Origin: an uncultured Acidobacteriota bacterium
GTDB lineage: Bacteria > Acidobacteriota > Vicinamibacteria > Vicinamibacterales > JAKQTR01
DNA length: 64,000 bases
Direction of reading: 5' to 3'
Assembly (NCBI GenBank): GCA_963695795.1
Contig: CAVOHU010000002.1
Location: forward strand, 341,565 to 405,564
Of this stretch, positions 18,533 to 27,405 are shown piece by piece. Below the pieces are notes generated by a model. The model was not told the origin of the DNA, did not search any database, and saw nothing but the letters and a program-made list of their open reading frames with translations. Position 1 is the first letter of the stretch; every line of letters begins with the position of its first letter. A program made the translations under genes and the position numbers.

Positions 18533-20503
18533 CTACGGAGGCTTGACACGACGCTGGGGAGCCGGCAACGGTGGCCGGCCGGCCGCCTCGAGGACCAGGG
18601 CGCGCAGATCTTGCCCGCGCGCGGCGGCGTGTTCGCCCCGCTCGTCGAGCCATCGGGCCAGCTGATGGTGCCACTCGGCTCGTGCCGCCTCCGACAAGGG
18701 TTGCAGGCCCCCCGGGAAGCCACGCCGCAGCGCCTCGATGCGGTCGCGCTCGGCCCGCATCTCCGCCACGCGATCCGATGCGTCAGCGCGGTTCGCGCCG
18801 GTGATCGGCCGAGGATTGATGGCGTGCGAGCGTTCGAAGGCCGAGAGCGCCTCGTCTGTCAGTCCAGCCCGCCGGAAGACCAACCCGAGGTTGTAGAACA
18901 GCACGTCGTTGTCGGGCGCCGCACGGGCTGCCACCTCGAACTCCCGCCACGCGCGCGGCCACTCGCTCCGCTCGAACGTCAGGCCGCGCATGTAGTGGAA
19001 GTGGCCGATGAGGTTCGCCGTCAGGTAGTCCTTCGGCACTCGGTCGTCGGTCTCGCCGTCGAGCGTTTCCTGCATCGGCGGAGGAAGCGGCACGGGTCCG
19101 CCCGCGCGGACCGTTTCGAATACGAGACCGACCGGCGCCACTTCGAGGCCTTCGACCGACCAGTTGGGGTGATGGGTGAGAAAGAGCGGATCGGAGTCGG
19201 GATTGAACCGGAGCGGCGGCAAGCGGGCATCTCCGACACCCTGCAGGATGAGGTCCACGTCCGGACGCGCGCCCTCCACGAACTGAAGGTAGAGAAGGAC
19301 GAACAGGATGTTGTCGTCGCCCGCCAGGAGGTGGGCGCCGGGGGGCAGCGTCGAAAACACGGCGCGGCTGAAGTCCTCGGCAATGCGATAGCGGCTGCGG
19401 TCGAAGTCGCGCCAGCCGGCGAGCAGCAGCACGAGCGGTCCCACGAGCAACACGGGCAGCGCACGCCGGGGAAGCCGCTCGCCGAGGTACTGGGCGCCCA
19501 TGCCGGCGAGCACCGCGGCCATCATGTAGGACGGAATGTAGTACCGGTGCCAGATGAAGATATCGGTGCGCGAACCGTGGATGGCAAGTGCCGCCAGGTT
19601 GCCGGCCATCACGAGCAGCGGCAGCAGCACCGGAGAGCGGCGCCGCCATCCCACGACCGCCCCTACAACCGCCAGCAGCGCGCCCACAAACGCGGTCTCC
19701 ACACACACTCCGCGAAGGTAGTCCCAGACGATGAGGGGCAGGTCACCAGGGCCACGGATGAACGCGCGGTCCCAGAAGTCCCGTCGCAGCACCACCGCGA
19801 TGAAGCGACCGAACGTCTCCGGGTTGCCCCAGTCGAGAAGAGGGCCGGCGCGCGAGCGCAGGGGAAGGTAGGCGTACGGAAGCAAGCCAACGGTGAAGGC
19901 GCAGCCCGAGCGCACGACCGTTCCCCAGTCCTTCACGAGCGCCGGGCTCGTGGCCATCGCGAACAGAGCCAGGGCCAGGGCGAAGATGGCCATGAAGGTG
20001 TGGTTGGTTGCGCCGAGTCCGCACAGGAAAAAGGCCAGGACCAGTGTGCGCGGCTCCCGCCGACGGTGCCAGGCAAAGGCGGCGGCGGTGGCGAGCGCGA
20101 CAAACAGGGCGTTGAGCGCGTAGACCCGCTGGATGGTCGCCTCGCCCCATACGCTCGGGGAAAACGCCAGGAGAAGTGCGGAAGCAACCGATACAAGCGC
20201 GTGGAGACCGAGCCGCCGGCAGAGCCAGTAGACCACGCCGCATGCTGCGGCGCCGCCAGCCGCGCTGAACAGGCTCATGCGGAACGCGACCGAGCCGACC
20301 GGAACGGCCAGGGTCCACAGCTTGCCGAGCAACACGTAGAGCGGGTAACCGGAAGGATGCGGTATGCCCAGTGTCGCGGCGGCGGTCACCAGTTCGCCGC
20401 TGTCGCCGACGAAGATCGACCGGCAGGCGCCGGACGCGTAGACGGCAAGTACGCCAGCGGCCACGAGCGCCGCTTCGCCGATGTGCGCACGCTTCAGCGT
20501 CAC
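18533..20503 (-). CDS. DUF2723-type (TMEM260/PMT-like) membrane glycosyltransferase with C-terminal TPR repeats
   Basis: The N-terminal 'VFVGDSGELVTAAATLGIPHPSGYPLYVLLGKLW' is the DUF2723 hallmark. It has more than 10 TM segments and a TPR-like tail ('FYNLGLVFRRAGLTDEALSAFERS'). Confidence 0.8.
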   Translation of the reverse strand: MTLKRAHIGEAALVAAGVLAVYASGACRSIFVGDSGELVTAAATLGIPHPSGYPLYVLLGKLWTLAVPVGSVAFRMSLFSAAGGAAACGVVYWLCRRLGLHALVSVASALLLAFSPSVWGEATIQRVYALNALFVALATAAAFAWHRRREPRTLVLAFFLCGLGATNHTFMAIFALALALFAMATSPALVKDWGTVVRSGCAFTVGLLPYAYLPLRSRAGPLLDWGNPETFGRFIAVVLRRDFWDRAFIRGPGDLPLIVWDYLRGVCVETAFVGALLAVVGAVVGWRRRSPVLLPLLVMAGNLAALAIHGSRTDIFIWHRYYIPSYMMAAVLAGMGAQYLGERLPRRALPVLLVGPLVLLLAGWRDFDRSRYRIAEDFSRAVFSTLPPGAHLLAGDDNILFVLLYLQFVEGARPDVDLILQGVGDARLPPLRFNPDSDPLFLTHHPNWSVEGLEVAPVGLVFETVRAGGPVPLPPPMQETLDGETDDRVPKDYLTANLIGHFHYMRGLTFERSEWPRAWREFEVAARAAPDNDVLFYNLGLVFRRAGLTDEALSAFERSHAINPRPITGANRADASDRVAEMRAERDRIEALRRGFPGGLQPLSEAARAEWHHQLARWLDERGEHAAARGQDLRALVLEAAGRPPLPAPQRRVKPP

Positions 20504-22509
20504 CGTTTGCGTTTGCCGGCCTCGTCGCGCAGGCGCGTCAGGTTGTACTTGAAGAGCGCGTTGTCCGGTTCGAGTTGCAGCGCCTTCTCGAGGGACTGGA
20601 TGGCCCCCGGCACATCGCCCATGAGGTAGGCCACGTTGGACCGGTACTGATACGTGAGGACATAGCGCGGGGCCGCCTTCTCGGCCTCTGCCAGGACCTT
20701 CAGCGCCCCCGCATAGTCCCCGCGCCGCGCGGCCCGGCTCGCCGATTCGGCCAGTTTGGCGGCCCGCTTCTCGGCTTCGCTTTTCGGCGCGCGTACCTCC
20801 GCCGTGCCGGTGAGACGGATGAGCGCCTGCCTCGATGGCCCGTATTGCGGATTGTAGAGGACCGCGCGCCGGTAGTCGGCGATGGCGGCCTCGCGCTTGC
20901 CCTGCCGCTCGTCGATGACGGCCCGGTTGTGATACGCCTCGACGTTCAGCGGCTCGAGGCGGATGGCGATGTCCAGGTGCCTCGCCGCTTCGTTGTAGCG
21001 TCCGAGTGCGCCCAGCGCGCCCGCGAGACTCGTGTGCAGCGACGCGTCGTACGGGTTCTTCTGGACGAGGCTCTCGAACGCGGCGGCACTTTCGGCGTAG
21101 CGGCCGGCTTCGAAGTGCATCGCCGCCAGGTTCTGTTCACCTTTCGGTGACTGCCGCTTGGCGCCAGATGGAGGCGGCGGCGATCCCCATCCGAGGTAGC
21201 CGAGGCTCTTCAGCCGCTCCACGATTTCAGGATCGACCGCCGCATCACGGGCGGATCGCGCACCCTCCGGCGCGCCGGTTTCGTAGGTCGCCACCGCGGG
21301 GCCGGGCACGGCGAGGTCCAGACCCTCGGCGAGAACGCGCCCCGGCATGTCCCTGGCCTGCGGAACGCCGGAGATCGCGAGCACCGTCGGCGTCACGTCG
21401 ACGATCTTGGGCTCCTCGAGCCGTCCCCGCCGGACGCGGTTGCCGTAGAGATAGATGATGCCTTCGAGGCTGTGGAAACGCTCGCTCACCCGCCGCATGT
21501 CGCGCGTTCTGCTCGGATCGTCCTGCGTGGTGCCCAGGTTGAAGCCGTGATCCGAGACGACGACCAGCGTCGTGTCGCGATCCATCGCGTCCATGAAGTC
21601 GCCGAGCAGGCGGTCCGCATAGAGGTACATCTGCTCCACGGCGTTTCCGAACCTGGCCTGCTGCTCTGCCAGCTCGCCTGCGAGCTTCCCGGCTCGGAAC
21701 AGATGCCCGAAGAGATGCTCGACCGAGTCCGTTCCTTCGACGTAGGTCATCAACAGGTCGGGGCGATCCTCGCGCCACAGCTTGAGGGAGACGGCGCGGT
21801 AGCTCTCGGCCGTCGCCAGCGCCCAGAGAAAATGGCTGACGTCGCTGTTGAAGTCGAAGGGCCGCGCCAGTTCCTCGGGCGGCACGGTGATGAAGGTGGC
21901 CGCCTCGGCGGGCGTCACGTCGCGCGGGCGTCGTACCAGCGGCGCGATGCGGGCGAAGAGCTCCGGAGGATAGGTGAGGCCCGCGGTGGACGCGGTGCCG
22001 GTTTGGCCCTGCTGGAAGAGGAAGTGATAGCAGGTATGGTCGCTCACCACGTCGCCCTTCACGTGCTCCGGCGGCCAAGTGGCCCACCAGCCGACGGTCG
22101 CCACCGTCCGCTCGTGATCCGACAGGATGTTCCACAGGGCGCGCACCTGGCGCATCTCGCTCGTCACCGGAAGCTGCTCGCCGGTCTTGTCGTCGATGGC
22201 CACGAAGTGGCCGATGCCATGCTGTTCGGGAGGTTTGCCCGTAGCGATCGTGGTCCAGACGACCGGGCTCAGAAGGGGCATGCTGCTGAGGAGGCGGCCG
22301 TACGCGCCGTCCTGGCGCAGCTTCGCGAAGTGGGGCAGCTTTCCCTCGGACATGAGCAGGTCGACAGCCCGAGGGTCCATGCCGTCCAGCCCGAGCACCA
22401 TTACCCGGCCCCTGCTCGAGCGGCTTCCGCAGGCCGTCATGGCCAGGGCCAGCGTCGCGATTGCCACGGCGAGAAGCGTGCATCCGCCGCGGCCGGACCT
22501 GGTGGGCAT
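20500..22509 (-). CDS. Alkaline-phosphatase-superfamily (type I phosphodiesterase/nucleotide pyrophosphatase-like) protein fused to TPR repeats
   Basis: Lipoprotein-like signal (LAMTACGS). 'VMVLGLDGMDP' and 'LVVVSDHGF' are metal-site motifs. The C-terminal TPR region reads 'YHNRAVIDERQGKREAAIADYRRAV'. It overlaps the next gene by 4 nt. Confidence 0.8.
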   Translation of the reverse strand: MPTRSGRGGCTLLAVAIATLALAMTACGSRSSRGRVMVLGLDGMDPRAVDLLMSEGKLPHFAKLRQDGAYGRLLSSMPLLSPVVWTTIATGKPPEQHGIGHFVAIDDKTGEQLPVTSEMRQVRALWNILSDHERTVATVGWWATWPPEHVKGDVVSDHTCYHFLFQQGQTGTASTAGLTYPPELFARIAPLVRRPRDVTPAEAATFITVPPEELARPFDFNSDVSHFLWALATAESYRAVSLKLWREDRPDLLMTYVEGTDSVEHLFGHLFRAGKLAGELAEQQARFGNAVEQMYLYADRLLGDFMDAMDRDTTLVVVSDHGFNLGTTQDDPSRTRDMRRVSERFHSLEGIIYLYGNRVRRGRLEEPKIVDVTPTVLAISGVPQARDMPGRVLAEGLDLAVPGPAVATYETGAPEGARSARDAAVDPEIVERLKSLGYLGWGSPPPPSGAKRQSPKGEQNLAAMHFEAGRYAESAAAFESLVQKNPYDASLHTSLAGALGALGRYNEAARHLDIAIRLEPLNVEAYHNRAVIDERQGKREAAIADYRRAVLYNPQYGPSRQALIRLTGTAEVRAPKSEAEKRAAKLAESASRAARRGDYAGALKVLAEAEKAAPRYVLTYQYRSNVAYLMGDVPGAIQSLEKALQLEPDNALFKYNLTRLRDEAGKRKR

Positions 22510-22744
22510 GCGAGCGAGTCTAGCTGAGCCACAAGACGTGGGGCAAGGCGGCCTGGCTCGCCATGCGGACCACGAACAGCAGCTGCGCGCGTATCAGAAG
22601 GGGGGAAGCTGGGTGACAAGCGACGTTGGGGACGACTGATGGATCGCTGATGCAGCTGGACACAGAGGCGGCCGGCAGTGGGAACCTGACCTTCTTCCGT
22701 TGCCGGTCACCATGGTGTTCGTCACCGTCGTTCGTGCGAAGAGC

Positions 22745-24697
22745 ATGGTCAACTGGACCGGCCGCCACGTCGTTGTGCGAAGGCTGTTCGCCGGCGCCCT
22801 CACCGGGCTTGCGATAGCCCTGTGCTTGGTCCTTCCGACGGCGGCTGCCCGTCAGTCGTCCGAGCCCATGGGCAGGCCAACCCCGCAGCTTCCCGACTCG
22901 AGGAGCGGCATCCGGCTCTACATTGCGGCAGCCCGGGACTCGCGCCTGTTCACTTTGTGCCCGCCGCCAGGATGGCCGCCACCAGCACCTTGGGGCAAAC
23001 CCCAGCCGATCGTGGACGGCGTGACGCTCTACCGCGTGCAGTCCGGCACCTGGGACGTGCAGGTCGCTCGGGTGTGGTACACCGGCGAACGGGCCGAATT
23101 GCCGCCACCTCAGAGCCTCGCGGGAACGCTCGACGGGCCGCCCGAACGCGTTGAACTGGACCGGGACCTCCTGGCCTGGGACGACGAGATTGCGGCGGCA
23201 ATCGCGAGCGAGGTGAGCAAGCGCAACGAATTCCGCATCGTCGAGTCGGTCGATCGTGCGGACGACGTACTGCTGGTCGAAGGGCAACACCAGACTGTGG
23301 CCAGTTTCAGCGGGCGGGACGGAACGGCCGAGGGAATGATCTCCCAAATAGGCGGCGACCGAGAAGCGAACTTCCGATGGGCGCTCTTCGGGGTTCTCGT
23401 ACCCGCCGAGGCGTACCGAACGCACGGGCCCAACGTCACCGCCCTGCTCTCCGTGAGCCGATGGAACGGCATGGCGCTGGCGCGCAACAATCGCCACTCG
23501 ATTGCCGAGGACAACGGTCACGGCGGAGTGACACTGCGGCCTTCGCCTCCGCCTCCGCCGGGGGACCTGTCGCGACTTGATCCGGCCTCGGTTGAGTGGC
23601 TGGTGCAACAGGTGCACGATCGGACGAAGCGGCCGCGTGGGTTTCCGCCGCTTTGCGCGGCCTCGAATCAGCGGTCGGGCACCGAGGCCACCACGTTTCG
23701 TCGGGTGGATGAGATCAGCAGCGTTGGCCTCACGCGTCCCTTGCGATCGGCGGACGGGGCGATGGCAACGCCGACATTCAGCTCCGGCGTCACCTACGTC
23801 TCTGTGCCGGTTGTTGTAAAGGACACGAACGGCCGTCCAGTCCAAGGCCTATCGGACGCCGAGTTCCGCGTGTACGAAGACGACACGGCGCAGAAGATCG
23901 ACCGACTCCTGCCGATGTCTGCGGCGGTCGACCTGGCGCTGGTCGTGGATACGTCCTCCAGCATGCGGTTCGAGCGGAGCGGACTCCTCACGGCCATCCT
24001 CGCCTTCATCGAGACACTGCGAGGCGACGATCGCGTGATGGTGTCCTCGTTTGACGACCGGCTGTTTGTACAGGCTGAGTTAACCTCCGACCACGCCCGC
24101 CTGAAGCGCGCCGTTTCCCAGCTCGGCCGGGGTCAGGGAACGCGCCTCTTCGACGCAATCGCCCTTCTGGCCGCGCGGCGGGTGCCAGGGATGGGTGACC
24201 GGAAGGCGATGGTCCTGCTGACCGACGGCGTGGACACGCGCAGTCGTCTGGCGAACGCCGGGAGCACCCTGGCGCCCATCAGTGACTCGCAGGTGCCGGT
24301 GTATGTGATTCAGTACGACACGAGGCGCAACGACTACACGTTGCCGTTCGGTGCCAAGAGCGGTGGGATGACCATCCGCGAGATGGTGCCGTTGGTCATG
24401 CCGGAGGGCGGGCAAGACAACAGGGAGCTGTTCATGCGCGCCGACACCTATCTGGGGGCGTTGACGGAGCTCAGCGGCGGCCGCCTGTATCGGGCCGAGA
24501 CACTGGGGAACTTAAACAAGGCATTCGCGCAAATCGCCCGGGAACTTGGGGAGCAATTTACCCTGGGCTACTACCCCGCCAATCAGGCGCGGGACGGTAC
24601 CTATCGCAGGCTGCGAGTCGAGGTGAACAGGGCGGATGTGCAGGTGCAGGCGCGAGCAGGCTACCGTGCCCCTTTGGGACCGTCAGGCGTTCGCTGA
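22745..24697 (+). CDS. VWA-domain protein of the VWFA-related acidobacterial type, with a long N-terminal extension
   Basis: 'TFSSGVTYVSVPVVVKDTNGRPVQGLSDAEFRVYEDDTAQKI' is followed by 'LALVVDTSSSM' (MIDAS DxSxS) and 'MVLLTDGVDTRS'. The start is chosen at MVNWTG, ahead of a signal/TM segment. Confidence 0.8.
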   Translation: MVNWTGRHVVVRRLFAGALTGLAIALCLVLPTAAARQSSEPMGRPTPQLPDSRSGIRLYIAAARDSRLFTLCPPPGWPPPAPWGKPQPIVDGVTLYRVQSGTWDVQVARVWYTGERAELPPPQSLAGTLDGPPERVELDRDLLAWDDEIAAAIASEVSKRNEFRIVESVDRADDVLLVEGQHQTVASFSGRDGTAEGMISQIGGDREANFRWALFGVLVPAEAYRTHGPNVTALLSVSRWNGMALARNNRHSIAEDNGHGGVTLRPSPPPPPGDLSRLDPASVEWLVQQVHDRTKRPRGFPPLCAASNQRSGTEATTFRRVDEISSVGLTRPLRSADGAMATPTFSSGVTYVSVPVVVKDTNGRPVQGLSDAEFRVYEDDTAQKIDRLLPMSAAVDLALVVDTSSSMRFERSGLLTAILAFIETLRGDDRVMVSSFDDRLFVQAELTSDHARLKRAVSQLGRGQGTRLFDAIALLAARRVPGMGDRKAMVLLTDGVDTRSRLANAGSTLAPISDSQVPVYVIQYDTRRNDYTLPFGAKSGGMTIREMVPLVMPEGGQDNRELFMRADTYLGALTELSGGRLYRAETLGNLNKAFAQIARELGEQFTLGYYPANQARDGTYRRLRVEVNRADVQVQARAGYRAPLGPSGVR

Positions 24698-25217
24698 TCA
24701 ACTGTCCTCCGCTCCCCACGGCGAGCCTGAGAACGGACGTGTCCAGCTAACTGGTCGCCACTCGGCACGATTTACCGTCCCTTCCGTCGTATTCGGCGAG
24801 ATCACGAACCGCTTCTCTCCCGGTTTCTCGCGGGCCGTGAAGCCGCTCCTGCCGTAGCCAGCCGCGCGCTGGACGAGATGACCGTCTGCCGCTCGCGCTG
24901 GCGCATCGCGACCAGCGCCTTGTCGAGTCCGGGCGTCGTGCGTGTCTTGCCCGGACACAGGGCTGATTATCGCGTGGGAAGTCGAGCATGCAAGTGGGAA
25001 TTCGGCCGGGACGTGGCCCACAACGCACACATCCACTTGGGCGGCCGTCCAGCGGGCGTCAACACAGGTCATCGATGGCGGGTTCGAACGTCCGGCCGGC
25101 GTCGACGTCGATCCCGCTGACAGCGTCATCGCCGCGGTCGTCGCCATCGTGGACGCGCGGTGGGGCGCGCGCCGGGGCCTTGTTGACGGCGCGTTTCTAT
25201 GTGGTCACAGTAGCCAC

Positions 25218-25505
25218 ATGCAACCCGTTCGCGTCGGCGCCCGAGAACTCAAGACCCGGCTCGGAACCTACCTGGCGCAGGTGCGTCGCGGGCAGCGGCT
25301 GTTGGTGACCGAACGCCGCGCGCCCGTGGCCGAACTGCGGCCTATCGAGCCGGCGCCCTCGTCCCGCTCCGCGCGCTTGAGGCGGCTCGCCTCGCTGGGA
25401 CTGGTCACCTCGCCTGCCCGAACGCTGGCACCGTTCGTGGCCGTGATCCCGACGCCGAGCCCGCGTATGTCGGCTCAGGCACTTGACCGCGAGGGTCGAT
25501 TCTGA
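25218..25505 (+). CDS. Phd/YefM-type type II antitoxin
   Basis: MQPVRVGARELKTRLGTYLAQVRRGQRLLVTERRAPVAELRPI is the classic Phd/YefM N-terminal domain. Confidence 0.75.
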   Translation: MQPVRVGARELKTRLGTYLAQVRRGQRLLVTERRAPVAELRPIEPAPSSRSARLRRLASLGLVTSPARTLAPFVAVIPTPSPRMSAQALDREGRF

Positions 25506-25635
25506 TCCGCTACTTCGATGCAAGCGCCCTCGTGAGGCGGTTCGTCGCCGAGACGCCTGCTGGTGCTGCCGCAGCGGCTACCGCAGCCGCGTCCTCTAAG
25601 GTCCGCACGCGCGACACTGCCTCAGGCGTCCCGTG
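25502..25635 (+). pseudogene. Remnant of a VapC (PIN-domain) toxin gene, truncated
   Basis: The frame overlapping the antitoxin stop reads LIRYFDASALVRRFVAETPAG. This matches the PIN N-terminus 'xIxxDTSALVKRYVxExGS' with its first catalytic Asp. There is no ATG, and similarity is lost before the 25635 duplication junction. Confidence 0.45.
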
Positions 25636-26174
25636 TCAGTGCTTCGCCGGCTCGGTCTTCGGCGGCGTCTTCGCCTCGCCCTTCCTCAGGTACGGCACCC
25701 CGTCGCTCAGCCACTTCGGCGCCGGCGCGCCCTTCAGGTAGTGATCGAAGAACTCCATGAACCGCACCGTCAGGTCCTTCTGGTTCGCCACGCCGCCGAG
25801 GTGGTGACCCTCGTTCGGATAGGCCAGCAGCACGGCCTTCTTCCCGTTGTAGCGGAGCGCGTTGTAGAAGGCGAGACCGTTGATGAAACCGACGGTCGGG
25901 TCTGAGGTGCCGTGCATGATCAGGAACGGCGACACCGCTTTCGGCGCCCACGTGATCGCCGACTCGTTGCGATACCGATCGGGCTGGTCCCACGGCGAGA
26001 AGCCCCAGCGCCCCTGGTCGTAGAGGTAATACTGGAACGCCGTGTCGCCGCTGCCGCCTTGCGCGGCGTACGACCAGCCCCAGTTCTTCGCGAAATCGTC
26101 GTAGAGATCGACCACGCCTGCGCCCATGCCCACCGCCGCAAACATCTTCGACATCGTCCCCACGTAGGCCGCGC
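25635..26174. repeat. Copy 1 of a 540-bp direct duplication (S9 peptidase 3' end)
   Basis: Aligned by eye to 29215-29755, with roughly 25 mismatches plus one 1-nt indel. That is about 95% identity, not computed. Confidence 0.85.
25636..26163 (-). pseudogene. C-terminal fragment (about 175 aa) of an S9 prolyl-oligopeptidase-family peptidase
   Basis: ..FLIMHGTSDPTVGF..LLAYPNEGHHLGG.. retains the Asp and His regions. The GxSxGG nucleophile and the whole N-terminal propeller are missing. It is near-identical to the 3' end of the gene at 29216-32337. Confidence 0.75.
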
Positions 26175-26274
26175 GATCTTCGCCTTTCCGGGGCCGCCCA
26201 GCATGGCGGACGGAACAGATTGCACGAATCCGCGTGGGGTGACCAGCGTGCCGGCGGCCGACTACAATGTGCGT

Positions 26275-27369
26275 ATGACGAATGCCATCCGCTCCTCCGT
26301 CGCCGGCGGAGACCGGAACTTGATCCTGCCCCTCGCGATGGCCCTCCTTGCGGCTACCTGCCAGTCCAAGCCGGCGCCGCCTCTGGTGTCCGCCAACGCG
26401 TGGGCGGTCGTGGACGGCCGCGAGATCACCCGCGACGATGTGGAGAAGGCCTTCCGGCGGCGCGATCAGGCCGCGCAGCCGTTGGGCGAGGAGGAGGCGG
26501 CCGCGGCCAAGCTCGCCATTCTCGACGATCTCATCGCGCAGGATCTGCTCCTCGCGAAGGTCCGGGAGCTGAAGATTGAACTGCCGGATTCAGAGCTGGA
26601 CACGGCGTATCTCGAGGCGCGGAAGAACATCTCCGACGAGGCGTTCAAGCAGGAACTCAACAGGCGCCAGTTGACGGCCGCCGACATGCGCGAGGGCATG
26701 CGCCGCGATCTGCTGGTGCGGAAACTGCTCGAGCGCGAGGTGGCATCGAAGATCGCGGTGACCGACCAGGAGATCTCGACGTTCTACGAAGCGAACAAGG
26801 CGCAGTTCAATCGCACCGAGGACGCCTATCGCGTCGCGCAGATCCTCGTCACGCCTGTGCGTGAGGCGCAGGTCGCCAACCGGACCGGAAACGATGCCAC
26901 GACGCCGCAGGAGGCCGCCGCAAAGACGAAGATGGTCATGGATCGGTTGAAGGCGGGCGCGCAATTCGGTGACGTGGCGGCCGACTTCTCCGAGGACGCC
27001 GAGTCGGCGCCACGTGGCGGCGACCTCGGCTTCGTACCGCTGTCGGCGATCCAGAAGCTCCCGCCGCCGCTACGGGACGCCATCCTGAACGTCGCGTCCG
27101 GTTCCGCGCGCCTGGTCCCCTCGAATGGCGCCTCCACCATCGTCGTCGTCATCGGGAAGGACCCTGCCGGCCAGAAGACCCTCGGCACCCCAGGCGTGAA
27201 GGAGTCGATCAGCCAGAGCCTGCGCGACCGGCGCGAACAGTTGCTGCGATTGGCCTACCTCGCGAATCTCCGCAACGGTGCGGTCGTGTCGAACGTGGCC
27301 GCCAAGCGCCTCGTCGAGTCGCCGGGCAAAGTGCCGAGCTTGTTCGCGGCTCCGATGGCCGGGAAGTAG
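26275..27369 (+). CDS. SurA-like/parvulin-type peptidyl-prolyl isomerase lipoprotein
   Basis: The start at MTNAIRSS is followed by the lipobox-like 'LLAATCQS'. A SurA_N-like helical region comes next, then the rotamase motif 'FSEDAESAPRGGDLGFV'. Confidence 0.8.
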   Translation: MTNAIRSSVAGGDRNLILPLAMALLAATCQSKPAPPLVSANAWAVVDGREITRDDVEKAFRRRDQAAQPLGEEEAAAAKLAILDDLIAQDLLLAKVRELKIELPDSELDTAYLEARKNISDEAFKQELNRRQLTAADMREGMRRDLLVRKLLEREVASKIAVTDQEISTFYEANKAQFNRTEDAYRVAQILVTPVREAQVANRTGNDATTPQEAAAKTKMVMDRLKAGAQFGDVAADFSEDAESAPRGGDLGFVPLSAIQKLPPPLRDAILNVASGSARLVPSNGASTIVVVIGKDPAGQKTLGTPGVKESISQSLRDRREQLLRLAYLANLRNGAVVSNVAAKRLVESPGKVPSLFAAPMAGK

Positions 27370-27405
27370 CGCGTCGGCTTCAATCGGCCCGAGGGAGACT
27401 CGCCC

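Noticed and set aside
24698-25217. A 520-bp gap with only poor ORFs. One minus-strand frame reads ..KTRTTPGLDKALVAMRQRERQTVISS.., which is faintly like a CopG/RHH antitoxin ('..LxPELDKALxxLAxxxGRSxS..').
   Set aside because: The match is short and needs frame hopping to continue ('..HLVQRAAG..', '..REAVRDLAEY..'). There is no start codon or partner toxin. At most it is a decayed fragment, too weak to annotate.
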